Positions 32,538-43,743 of a DNA stretch of 64,000 nucleotides are shown here, piece after piece. Location of the stretch: assembly GCA_963697165.1 (NCBI GenBank), contig CAVOMX010000012.1:64001-128000 (forward strand). Direction: 5' to 3'. Each line of letters starts with the position of its first letter. The stretch's first letter is position 1. The translations under genes and the position numbers were made by a program. Origin of the DNA: Candidatus Bathyarchaeota archaeon. Its GTDB lineage: Archaea > Thermoproteota > Bathyarchaeia > Bathyarchaeales > Bathyarchaeaceae. The notes under the pieces were generated by a model. The model had not been told where the DNA came from, searched no databases, and saw only the letters and a program-made list of their open reading frames with translations.

Positions 32538-33988
32538 GAGAAATAGTAATAGATCCAGTAACACGACTAGAAGGACACGGAAAAATAACCATATTCCTAA
32601 ACGATGCTGGAAACGTTGAAAACGCATACTTCCAAGTTCCGGAACTACGCGGCTTTGAACGTTTCTGTGAAGGAAGAAAAGCTGAAGACCTGCCCATAAT
32701 AACAACCAGAATCTGTGGAGTCTGCCCAGTTGCTCACCATATGGCAGGAGCAAAAGCTGTAGACGCCGCATTCAATGCAGAACTAACAGAGCCAGCAAAA
32801 AACTGCGAGAACTCGAGTATTGTGGTTATTACATTTACGATCACATACTGCACTTCTACTTCTTGGGTGGCCCAGACTTTGTGGTAGGCCCAGACCGCTC
32901 CCGCCGCTAAACGTAACATTCTTGGAGTAATCGAAAAAGTCGGTTTGGACATTGCAGGAGAAGTCATAAAACACCGAGCTTATGGACAAAGGATTACTGG
33001 CATCATTGGAGGACGACCAACTCATCCTGTGAGTGCTCTTCCAGGAGGAATGGCTAAGGCAATAAACGAGGAAGAACGTCAAGATATCGAAGATATGCTC
33101 AAAAGCTGCCACGAATTCGCCAAGTTCAGCCTGAAAATCTTTGATGACATTGTTCTAAAAAATGCTGATTACGTGAACTTGATTACAAGTGACCCCTACA
33201 ACTTGGAGACCTACTACATGGGTACGGTTGACAAAAACAACAAGGTAAACTTCTACGACGGCAAAGTTCGTGTGGTCGATACACAAGGAAAAGAGTTCGT
33301 GAAATTTGGTCCTTCAGAATATTTGGACGTTATCGAAGAACATGTTGAACCTTGGACTTATGTAAAAATGCCTTACTTGAAGAAACTTGGTTGGAGAGGT
33401 CTTGTTGATGGACCTGAAACAAGTCTGTATCGGGTCGGTCCACTTGGAAGACTCAATGCCTCTGACGGTATGGCAACACCAGTCGCCCAAGCAGAATACG
33501 AGCGGATGTACAAGACTCTTGGCGGAAAACCTGTTCACGCTACTTTAGCTTTCCACTGGGCCAGATTGATTGAGCTTATGTATGCAACCGAAAGAGGTCT
33601 AGAATTGATCAAAGACAAAGACATAACTAGTAAAGACCTCAGAAGCGAACTTGGAAAACCTGGTGAAGGTGTTGGAATTGTTGAAGCTGCAAGAGGCACT
33701 CTTATTCACCATTACCAGTTGGATGAGAATGCTTTGGCAAAGAAAGTCAACCTCATAGTGGCTACAACCCATAACGCACCAGGCATCTGCATGTCCATAA
33801 AGAATGCTGCACAAGGCATTATCAAAAATGGCGTAATCAACGATGGCTTGCTAAACATGGTTGAGATGGCCTTCAGAGCCTACGACCCATGCTGGGCTTG
33901 CGCTACACACTTCGCCATCGGTGAGATGCCTCTAGAGGTTAACATCTTCAATAGCAACCAAAAACTGCTAAAGACCATCAGAAGATGA
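32534..33988 (+). CDS. mvhA: Group 3c [NiFe] hydrogenase large subunit; two frameshifts (~32800, ~32896)
   Basis: [11 protein letters not shown]1 [22 protein letters not shown]2 [12 protein letters not shown] with C-terminal extension. Confidence 0.93.
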
Positions 33989-33999
33989 GCGAATGAACC

Positions 34000-36425
34000 A
34001 TGGAACAACCTAAAGTCGGAGTATTCTTATCTGACTGCGGAAATCAACTCTCTGATATCCTAGACTTCGATGCTCTTACAAACTTCGTGAGGGTCTGTCC
34101 CGAACGTAGCTCTCATAGCAAAAGGCAGCGAGTTCTGGCGAGGCAACGGATTACAGGTTATCGTGGATGCAGTAAAAAGCGGAAAGATCAATCGTGTCGT
34201 TGTTGCTGAGAATCTTCCGAAACTGAGTGAAGTAAACATAGCTCAGGCAGTTGAAGACGCAGGTTTAAATTCATACTTGGTTGAGGTAATTGATCTTAAG
34301 GACCACTGTGCGTGGCCCCACAGGGCAACACCTAACGAAGCCACTGAAAAAGCTAAAGCCATGCTTTTGTCTGCAATTGAACGTGCCAAACTTCTTGAGC
34401 CTATCGAGAAACTTGAGTTTCCAACTCTAAAATCTGCCTTGATTATCGGCGGTGGCATCGCTGGTATGCAAGCTGCTGTGGATTTGGCAGATTTAGGTTT
34501 TGAAGTGAATCTGCTTGAGAAAGCGCCATTTCTTGGCGGTTTGGCTGCTCGAGCTGGACGGTTCTTCCCAACAGACGACTGTGCCATCTGTATTCAGTCT
34601 CCCTCTTCTGACGTTGAAGACTATTACTCATACTTCTAGAAAGTGTGTATATCGTTCTGGTTTCAGCGAAATTTCAAACCTAAACATATTAACAAACTCT
34701 AAAGTTGTGAGTGTTGAGGGCGTTCCCGGAAACTATAAGGTTACAATCGAAAAGAAGCCACGGTATGTTAAAGCGGATAAATGTGTAGTCTGTGACAAAT
34801 GTGCGACTGTTTGTCCTGTGGAAACTCCTGACGAATACAATGCGAACCTGAATAACCGCAAAGCAATTTACTTGAACGTTCCCACTGTTCACCCACAAGT
34901 CTACGTTATTGACGAGGATGCCTGCAAGTTCCACGAATGCGCCAAATGTGTTGAAGTTTGTCCAACAAACGCTATTGATTTGGATCAGAAAACTGAGCAG
35001 ATAACCTCTGAATGTGGGCAGCATCGTTGTTGCTACGGGATTCAAGGAATTTGATTCCAGCGCCATAAAAGAGTATCATTACGACGATTACCCTGACGTT
35101 GTAACTAACCTTGAATTAGCTAGAATGATTGACGGTTTTGGTCCAACAGGCGGCGCTATTGTCCGACCTTCAGACGGCAAACCTGCCAAGAAAATCGTTT
35201 TTATTCAATGTGCTGGTTCGCGAGACAGGCGATATAATCCGTATTGTTCAAGCATCTGCTGTATGATTTCTTTGAAAAACGCGTCTTTGGTTAAAGAGGC
35301 TAATCCCGACGTAGACAGTTTCTATCTGTTACATTGACATCCGAACCACCGGAAGAGAACACGAATACTACTATGAACGAGCCAGAGATATGGGCATTAA
35401 GTTCGTTAAAGGACGTCCAACTGAAATCTATAACGACGAAGAAAAAGGCAAATTAATTGTCGATGTTGAGGATGCACTTCTTAAACGATTCTTGGATTTA
35501 GAAGCTGATTTAGTTGTGTTAGCTACTGCTATGGTGCCTGCTGAAGGAACTAAAGAACTTGCCGAAATGCTAGATCTTGACTTAGAACAGGATTGTTTTT
35601 TCAAGGAATACAACGCCAAACTTAGACCTACCGAAACTAAGCAAAAGGGAATTTACCTCTGTGGAGGAGCAACTTTCCCGAAAGATGCACCAACAGCTTC
35701 TTTGCATGCTCACTCTGCAGCTTTGAAAGCTGCAAAGTTTCTAACTAATGGCAAACTAGTGAAAGACCTCAGGACTGCTGAAATCAATGAAGAATATTGT
35801 GGTGATTGTGAATTCTGTCCAGTAACCTGTCCATATGGTGCCATAAGTTTGGAACCTACAACAGGAGACCACTTTGTTGCCCGCGTAAACGACATAAAAT
35901 GTGAAGGATGTGGTGTTTGTGTTGGGACTTGTCCATTGAATGCTATCGAGCTTAGGCACTCAAGACCAAGCCAGATGGCAGCACAGATGAATGCACTCCT
36001 ATCAATTAATGGAACCTCAAAACCTCTTGTTCTAGCAATCTGCTGCCAAGAATGTGGACACACAGCTGTTGACTCTTCTGGTATGGCTAAACTGCAGTAT
36101 CCCGCCAACGTGCGAATCATCAAGGTTCCATGTGCTGGAATTGTGCGCGTTAACCAGATTCTGGAAGCCTTCAAAGCTGGCGCCCAAGGCGTTATGATTG
36201 TGGGCTGCAAGACTGATGGCTGTCACTATGAGGTTGGTAGTGATAAGGCTGAAAAGAAGATGGATCTTGCCAAGATATTGCTCAAGGAATACGGTATAGA
36301 GCCAGAACGGTTAGAGATGTTCAAGATGGTGTTCATTGAAGGTGCTCAATTCGCAGAAGCTGCTAAGATGATGACCGAACGTGTAACTAAACTGGGTCCA
36401 ATGAAACTATTGGAAGGCATTCTGA
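34000..36425 (+). CDS. hdrA: Heterodisulfide reductase subunit A fused to C-terminal MvhD; several frameshifts
   Basis: IGGGIAG, FPTDDCAIC, inserted ferredoxin domain, QCAGSRD..YCSSICCM..LK, C-terminal ferredoxin, then MvhD motifs CCQEC, VPCAG, GC..DGCHY, GIEPERL. Confidence 0.9.
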
Positions 36426-36439
36426 GGAGGCTAATTGTA

Positions 36440-36957
36440 ATGACACATCATAATATGAAAAGAACTGCAAACATGTCATTCTCTGATGAGGTTACAAGCC
36501 GTCATGGCGGCGAAACCTTGACTGCATGCTACCAATGTGGAACATGCGCTAGCAGCTGTCCAGTAGCCAGACTTGATTCTAGCTTCAATCCACGAGAAAT
36601 CATTAAACTATCTCTCTTAGGCAAAAAAGAAGAAGTGATTTCAGGAGACTCCATTTGGTTGTGCACTTCATGCTTCAACTGCCAAGAACGATGCCCCCAA
36701 GACGTTGAGATAGCCGACGTAATCTATGCACTAAGGAACATTGCTCTGGAAGCCGGTACATTCACCAAACATCTATTCCGATTTTGCATCTGCACTCATT
36801 GCTGACGGACGAATTGTTGCGATTTCCAAGTTCGTCGAAAAGAAACGCGAAGAATACGGTTTACCTGCCCCTTAAAACGCTGGACATTGCAGCAATCAAT
36901 ACGATTCTTTCTTCAACGGACTTTACTAAACCAGAAAAGACGGAGGTAGTCACAATG
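36440..36957 (+). CDS. hdrC: Heterodisulfide reductase subunit C; frameshifted, 3' end uncertain
   Basis: CYQCGTCASSCP, WLCTSCFNCQERCPQ; GAGGAGG upstream of ATG 36440. Confidence 0.88.
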
Positions 36958-37830
36958 AAAAGCTACGCAATATTTCTTGGATGCACTATACCTGCACGTC
37001 AACCAAACTATGAATTGTCAGCACGAAAAACTCTTGCTAAGCTAGGAGTAAACCTTGTAGACTTGGATGGTTTTACTTGTTGTTGTCCTCCACCCATACA
37101 ATCGATAAATCTGGAAAGCAGCCAAGCCATAGCTGCCTACAACATCTGCTTAGCTGAAGAAGCTGGTCTGGATATTGTTGCATTGTGTAATGGGTGCTTC
37201 GAATCTCTTGCAATGGTTAACGCTGCTCTCAAGAAAGACAAGAAACTAAAGGCAGAGATTAACGACACCTTAGCTAAAGTCGGTAAAGAGTTCAAGGGCA
37301 CTATCAAAGTGAAACATTTCCTGCAGGTCTTGATGGACGATATTGGACTTGAAAAAATCAAAGAAAACGTCGTTAAGCCATTAAGCAACCTGAAAGTAGC
37401 ACCATTCTATGGCTGCCACTCTCTTAGACCGAGCAAACTGCTACAGTTAGACGATCCTGAGCGACCACAAATCTTCGAAAACTTGTTAGAGGCTCTGGGC
37501 GCAGAAAGTGTTGAGTACCGAAACAAGTTGAAGTGCTGTGGTGGTCTGCTGAAAGGCATTTCTGATGATACCGCACTTAGCCTAGCTAGAGAAAAATTAG
37601 TAAACACAAGCAAGGCAGGCGCTGACTGCATCAGTACTCTTTGTCCATTCTGCTTCGTTGCCTTGGATATAGGACAAATCCAAGTGAAATCGAAATTCAA
37701 TGAAGTCTACGATATGCCAATACTTCACTACTCAGAACTTCTTGCTTTGGCTCTGGGTGTAGATCCAGAGGAGTTGGCACTTAGAAGCCACAAGGTAAAG
37801 ACCGACAAGATTCTCGAAAAAATCGCATAA
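36955..37830 (+). CDS. hdrB: Heterodisulfide reductase subunit B
   Basis: FLGC, TCCCP, LCNGC, YGCH..RP, KCCGG, LCPFC (two CCG domains); GGAGGT upstream. Confidence 0.92.
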   Translation: MKSYAIFLGCTIPARQPNYELSARKTLAKLGVNLVDLDGFTCCCPPPIQSINLESSQAIAAYNICLAEEAGLDIVALCNGCFESLAMVNAALKKDKKLKAEINDTLAKVGKEFKGTIKVKHFLQVLMDDIGLEKIKENVVKPLSNLKVAPFYGCHSLRPSKLLQLDDPERPQIFENLLEALGAESVEYRNKLKCCGGLLKGISDDTALSLAREKLVNTSKAGADCISTLCPFCFVALDIGQIQVKSKFNEVYDMPILHYSELLALALGVDPEELALRSHKVKTDKILEKIA

Positions 37831-37957
37831 TCAACTAGCCTTTATGCGGGTTTTTTTTGGCGCCCGCCATGTTCTTTTTTCATTGCATTTAAAGCTGCAA
37901 TAAAGTTAATATTTTGAAACTCGGTACACTTCCAAGCTTGAATATAGGTGATCGAAA

Positions 37958-38968
37958 ATGGTGAACGCAGCAATAAATGGTTTTGGAAGAATAGGGAGGC
38001 TCCTTTACAGGGCAGCCCTTGAGGAAAACGCAGACATAAACTTTGTAGCAGTGAACGACCTAACCGATGCAAAAACCTTGGCGCACATGCTCAAAAACGA
38101 TACAGTCCACGGCAAATTCCCCTTTGACGTAAAAGCCAAAGATTCGTCTCTCATGGTTGATGGAAAAGAACTAAAGATTATTGCAGAACCAGACCCCGCT
38201 AAACTACCTTGGAAAGACATGGATGTTTACGTTGCAGTTGAATCAACAGGAAGATTCAGAACAAAAGACGCAGCAGGAAAACACATAACCGCTGGCGCAA
38301 AGAAGGTTCTTGTTTCCGCCCCCATGAGTCCAGCAGCAAGCGCTGACCTAACCATAGTTTATGGCGTAAACGACAACCTGTATGACCCTAAAAAACATAG
38401 TATAATGTCCTTGGCTTCATGCACTACTAACTGTTTAGCACCCGTCGCTAAAGTTCTCAACGAGAATTTTGGCATTGAGAAAGGTCTAATGACCACAGTT
38501 CACGCTGTAACAAACGACCAGAGACTTCTTGACATGCAACACAGCGACCTCCGAAGAGCTAGGGCAGCACCCTTTAACATGATTCCTACATCAACTGGTG
38601 CAGCCTCAGCAGTTGGTTTGGCACTTCCAATGCTTAACGGAAAACTGAATGGTGTATCACTACGTGTTCCACTACCTGACGTCTCCATAGTTGACTTGGT
38701 GGCAATACTGAAGAAAGAGGCTACCGCGGAAGAAATCAATGCAGCTCTCAAGAAGGCAGCTAACGGAAAACTGAAAGGCGTCTTAGCCTACAGCGAAGAG
38801 CCTCTTGTCTCATCAGATATTATCCACAACAATAACTCTGCTATAATCGACGGACAGTTAACCATGACCATAGGCAACTTGGTCAAAGTCTTCGCATGGT
38901 ATGACAACGAGTGGGGCTACTCCGTTAAGATGGCACGAATGATCGAAAAGATCTGCAAGATGGCCTAA
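37958..38968 (+). CDS. gap: Class I (bacterial/eukaryotic-type) glyceraldehyde-3-phosphate dehydrogenase
   Basis: AINGFGRIGR, ESTGRF, ASCTTNCLAP, RARAA..NMIPTSTGAA, WYDNEWGYS. Confidence 0.95.
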   Translation: MVNAAINGFGRIGRLLYRAALEENADINFVAVNDLTDAKTLAHMLKNDTVHGKFPFDVKAKDSSLMVDGKELKIIAEPDPAKLPWKDMDVYVAVESTGRFRTKDAAGKHITAGAKKVLVSAPMSPAASADLTIVYGVNDNLYDPKKHSIMSLASCTTNCLAPVAKVLNENFGIEKGLMTTVHAVTNDQRLLDMQHSDLRRARAAPFNMIPTSTGAASAVGLALPMLNGKLNGVSLRVPLPDVSIVDLVAILKKEATAEEINAALKKAANGKLKGVLAYSEEPLVSSDIIHNNNSAIIDGQLTMTIGNLVKVFAWYDNEWGYSVKMARMIEKICKMA

Positions 38969-38991
38969 ACTGAGACTACAAAAACCTCAAA

Positions 38992-39012
38992 TCCCCCCTT
39001 TTCCTTTTTTTT
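38992..39012 (+). terminator. Putative archaeal oligo-T terminator after gap
   Basis: CCCCCCTTTTCCTTTTTTTT shortly after the stop codon. Confidence 0.4.
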
Positions 39013-39029
39013 AAATTAAGGTGAATAAT

Positions 39030-40256
39030 ATGCCAAAATTCTTGACAATAGACGATTTCGACCTAAAAAACAAGACAGTCCTTGTTAGAGTGGACTTTAA
39101 CTCTCCTATTGACCCGAATACCAAAAAAATACTTGATGATACAAGAATCCGTGCCCACGCAGACGCAACAATTAAAGAGCTTGTCCAAAAAGGCGCAAAA
39201 ACCGTGATCTTAGCTCACCAGGGAAGACCTGGAGACGCAGACTTTATTGGTCTTGATCAGCACGCAGCGCTTCTCGGCAAAGCACTAAACATGCCTGTCC
39301 AGTACGTGGATGATGTTGTGGGAAAACAGGCTCAGAACGTCATCAAGGCGTTGAAGAGTGGCGAAGTTCTGGTCTTAGGAAACGTTCGAGGTCTCCCTTA
39401 CGAGCAAAGTAAGGGAACTCCTGAGGAGCATTCTAAAACCGAGTTCGTGAAGAACCTAGCTCCTTTGACTGACGTTTTCATTAATGATGCCTTCGCTGCG
39501 GCTCACAGGGCTCACGCGTCGATGGTTGGCTTCACGGCTGTTTTGCCCAGTGCTGCTGGTAGAATAATGGAACGAGAACTCAAAGCTTTGGGAAAAGTTC
39601 TAGAAGCTCCTGAAAAGCCGTCCGTATTCGTGATTGGTGGAGCGAAAGGCGACGATTCACTGGACATATCCACGTATGTGCTGAAGAACAAAATAGCTGA
39701 TTATGTTTTAACTGGTGGAGTAATTGGACACGTCTTTCTGGTAGCAAAGGGTGTAGACCTAGGCGAAGCCAACATGAAGTTCTTGGAAAAGAAGGAGTTG
39801 ATGGGTCTAGTTCCGGGAATAAAGGAACTCATGAATCAGTATCCTGGCGCTATCATTGTTCCCGTTGACTTAGCCATGGAAGTAAACAAGAAACGAAAAG
39901 AGATAGCTGTTGACGACCTTCCAACGGACAATCCAATCTTTGATATCGGAACAAAAACTGCAAACAAGTTCGCTGACATAATACTGAAAGCCAAAACAAT
40001 AGTGGTCAGTGGTCCTGTTGGCGTCTTCGAAAATCCAGAATTCAAGAAAGGCTCCCAGATCGTTCTTGAGGCAGTAGCCAATTCTAAAGGTTACTCGCTG
40101 GTTGGCGGAGGACACACAGTCGCTACAGTAGAAAAACTGGGGCTGACCGACAAAATGTCCTACGTAAGCACTGCAGGAGGCGCACTTATAGAGTTCCTTA
40201 TGGGAAAGCAGCTACCCGGAGTTGTAGCTCTGGAAAAGGCAGCCGCCAGAACCTAA
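39030..40256 (+). CDS. pgk: Phosphoglycerate kinase
   Basis: VRVDFNSP, AHQGRPG, NDAFAAAHR, GGAK, GPVGVFE, GGGHT, STAGGA. Confidence 0.95.
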   Translation: MPKFLTIDDFDLKNKTVLVRVDFNSPIDPNTKKILDDTRIRAHADATIKELVQKGAKTVILAHQGRPGDADFIGLDQHAALLGKALNMPVQYVDDVVGKQAQNVIKALKSGEVLVLGNVRGLPYEQSKGTPEEHSKTEFVKNLAPLTDVFINDAFAAAHRAHASMVGFTAVLPSAAGRIMERELKALGKVLEAPEKPSVFVIGGAKGDDSLDISTYVLKNKIADYVLTGGVIGHVFLVAKGVDLGEANMKFLEKKELMGLVPGIKELMNQYPGAIIVPVDLAMEVNKKRKEIAVDDLPTDNPIFDIGTKTANKFADIILKAKTIVVSGPVGVFENPEFKKGSQIVLEAVANSKGYSLVGGGHTVATVEKLGLTDKMSYVSTAGGALIEFLMGKQLPGVVALEKAAART

Positions 40257-40552
40257 TCCTCCTCTTTTTTTGGAGAACCTATTTTTTTCTTATATTTTCT
40301 TGATATTATAGTGTTTTTTGGCTTGGTTGATTTTTTGAAAAAATAGAGGTTACTTCTTAATCCACTATAAACGATTTGAACTTCATAGTAATCACCAATT
40401 TTTTAGTGAACATTGCAAACTTCGCCTCAATATCACTAATTATCTCCCCCGCCTCTAACATTTTTGTCTCCTTGGGTTGCTTCCACTTAATTACTTTCTT
40501 GGTCACTCATGTTTTCAGACGGATATTACCCCCAAAAAAGGGTGTAGTGATG

Positions 40553-43526
40553 TTAATGCCTTGGTTTCCTGTAATAGACAATAACACCAAAGTCTATAAT
40601 GCCAATTACCAGTAGAACGGCGCTCACCCATGTTGATAAGGAAGCGGCTTGAGGTTCAAGCTGGCTTGGACCAATTATTGTCCTGGTGTTATATTCCTTG
40701 ATGTAAGCCATGTGCTCTGCGTCATATGGGTAACTTTCTGCTTCGGTGTATGGGAAGCCCGTCATGTTCCTGAAGGGAAGTGGGTCTACTGTGAAATCAA
40801 ATCCATAACCCCAATTCCAAGGCGGATCTTTGAACCAGCAAGCTACAAAAAAGAATACACTTCTTTCCTTATCATCTTCAAGCGAAGGTAGATCGACAAT
40901 AGGATACTTGAGAGTAATTTTGTCACCTTGCATTCCGATAACAAAAATATCATCCGCATCCCCAAGTAAAGGTGAAACATCACCGTACCTTGTGAAATTC
41001 CCTGAAACAGTTGACGTTGTAGTGGCAAAATCCAATGGCTCAAGAATAGCGATAGGCGGGATCTCATAAACAGCCATTTCCTCTTGTGGACTTGTATCTA
41101 TTCCAATGTAATCAAACGTTACATTCCAAAAATTAGTTATTCTAATCTTATACTCACTCACATCTGTGGGAAAAAGCCCATTCAAGTCTACACAGAACGT
41201 TCTAGGGATATAATCTGCAGGAACCGGAATTTCCCTATCTTGGGGAACTCTTACCCAATTACCTTGTCGCATCCATGACTTCCATGGTAGGTGGTGAGGT
41301 GATTTGTGTTCCATTTGGTACTACCCCTTCAGCAGATGCCATCTTAAATTGGTCTATCCAATCATAATAAGGCTCAGGCGGTCCCCAATCAACCATACCA
41401 TTGATTAAAAGCTTAATTTCCGGAGCATTGGATAAATCACCCAAGTTCAATATCAACTGATTTACTGTGATGTTGTCCCATGATGGACTAAGAACTCCAT
41501 CTATGCCCGGAGTAAAGATGCCATCAAGTTGAGAGATTTCAAATAAGACATCTATCCCCTTTTTCGTTTGTAGCCGAAACTGGCATTAATAATTCGTCTT
41601 GGTTTACAGTGTAAATTTCCCCGATAAAATCCTCGATTTACATAATTTACCATTGTTGAATAAGCATCGGTACCCTTGGGATGATCAACAACCACCATGT
41701 AAGCTGTATCCAAATAATAGATTTCATCCCATTGTTGAAACAAGACAACATCATAATAATCATAGTTATTATCATTATCAGTCCTTAACTGTAATTGACT
41801 TTTGTCTAATTTGACGTGATCCCATGGATTACCCCCACTAAACACAAAGTCACCCGCTTCATTGATGTAATCCATATATCCTAACCAACCAGCATTTGAG
41901 ACTTCAGTAACATAGCTATACTCGGTTCCGTTCCAAATATACAGCGAAGGACATGACGCATATCCACTAATAATAATGTAATGTGCCAACAATGCTGTAT
42001 ATTTATCCAAGGTGAAAGTTCTTGATCCACTTTCTATACCATCGTTCCAGTGTGAAAATTCTACTATACCTGTTCCAAGATCAACGATTTCGTCTGTGTA
42101 AATGGTGTATTCTCCCACTGGTGAAAATTTAGAGTAAGGTGTTTCGTATGTTTCACCGTTGAGAGTAAATATCATAGGTGTGGTACCTCCACCTGCCCTG
42201 TTAATACTGAGTGTATGGAAGTCGTCAGAGGCAACTTGGAAATATCCAATTAAAGTATTACTTTGGTCACCCATATTCACTAATTCAACTCGATAACCTT
42301 TGGTTCCTATTTCTATAGGTCCACTCCCAGCTGTAACTGAAAATTCAATTGAAACATCAGTTGCACCAGCATCCAAAGAGAAGCTTTTAGTTTCTTCAGC
42401 TACCCCACCAATCAAGAGTCTTACATGAAGCGTACCGGGTTCATTTGCCAAATTGTCGGCTTTGGCTCTAACGTTCACAGTCTCCCCACTCCAAACTTCA
42501 TAGGGATTAACAATCATTCCATGCAATTTTGTGTCTGATGATCCAGGAGCCAGACTTTCAACAGTAAATGATCCGGATTGGTTGTCTATCTCAACGGTGT
42601 GTTTACCCGAGTTTGGCTCGGAGATTTCAAATTCTATAATCTCTGTTGCTTGTCCAACCAATGTAACATCTCTGGTCTCTCTTGTGAATCCATCAATTTG
42701 GAGGTTCACTGAATAACTCCCAGTAGCTTCTCCAACATTAGTCACCTTAATCGATATTTCCACAACTTCATCAGCTAGGACAGAGGAAGGATTAACCGCT
42801 AAATCGGTTACTTGAAATTCTGCAGGTTTAACTGGTTGAGCCTCAGAAGTAATTTTAAAGGAGGTGGTCAAAGTCCCCAACGTTAACAACATAGTCGCCT
42901 TCAGCATTTTCAACAATTTCAAACTGGACAGATTTGCTTTTGCCACCATCCAACTGAATGCTTTTAGTTTCTCTTTTTTGGTTGTTTACGAAAAGTTCCA
43001 GCAAGAATTCGCCAGTTTCGTCGCCTATGTTGGTTGCCGTAACTGAAACAGTTATAGGGTCTCCAATTTCAGCCTCTTTTCGACTGGATACCAGATTAGT
43101 TAATTGTAGTTCAGCCTGTTTGGTTGGAATTTCCGAAGTGACTTTGAATGATCCCGTTACACTCCCTATTGTAATTGTGTGGTTGCCTTCAGTTTGTTCT
43201 GTTGCTGTGAATACTACTGTTGTAATTTCTCCTCCTGAAAGCTGAACAGTTTTTGTCCATATCGGAATATCATCTATTGTTAGGGTTACTGTGTGGTTAC
43301 CTGTCTTGTCTCCAATGTTAGTTACGGTAACCGATATTTGCACAGGTTCCCCAACTTGTACCCAATCAGAATCAATAATCAAATGAGTTACTTGAAAATT
43401 GGCGGGTTTTAAAATCTGTGAATCAACATAGAGGAAAGTGGGAAATATAACAGCTAGAATTACCAAGTCAGTCAATAAAGCTATCTTTAATTTAGTTGAG
43501 CGAGAGACCAAGAAAATTCCACTCAT
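40553..43526 (-). CDS. Large cell-surface protein with CARDB/Ig-like repeats and an uncharacterised C-terminal domain; split by at least three frameshifts
   Basis: N-terminal TM; repeated 'F.VT.L...V..GE.V.ISV.VTN.G..G' units; SCPSLYIWNG domain; C-terminal TM plus RKPRH. Confidence 0.75.
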
Positions 43527-43743
43527 AGTAACGATAAACTACAGGTTATATTTAAGAAACTAATTTCAATATTTCGGTTTTTAGCATTTGGTAGTGCCCA
43601 AAAGATATGGAAATAGTTTTTTTTGATCTTGATTTTATGCTGTTTCATGCATATCCTGCAACAGGTTTTTAATACCAACAACTAAAACAAATGTTTCATG
43701 ATTACAGACAACACCAATATTTCGTCTAGGATCATTCAATTTC

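Noticed and set aside
32783..32945. Selenocysteine or stop readthrough or a natural split in mvhA
   Set aside because: The break is explained by two indels restoring [40 protein letters not shown]; the L2 motif uses Cys codons and there is no in-frame TGA
35390..36805. Apparent HdrA-MvhD-HdrC triple fusion in the ORF track
   Set aside because: GAGGAGG precedes ATG 36440, and a TGA at 36423-36425 comes into frame if one G of GAAGGCA is removed; probably an indel artefact. The HdrA-MvhD fusion itself is retained and is a known architecture.
36784..36957. Apparent HdrC-tail/HdrB fusion
   Set aside because: hdrB has its own GGAGGT and ATG at 36955, and the upstream region is frameshifted
31593..37830. 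Mvh/Hdr as evidence of methanogenesis
   Set aside because: No mcr, mtr or CoM/CoB genes in the window; this complex is widespread in non-methanogens
42300..43420. Repeated sequence units suggesting a DNA repeat or CRISPR array
   Set aside because: They are diverged protein-level CARDB/Ig repeats; no identical direct repeats with spacers were seen anywhere in the window
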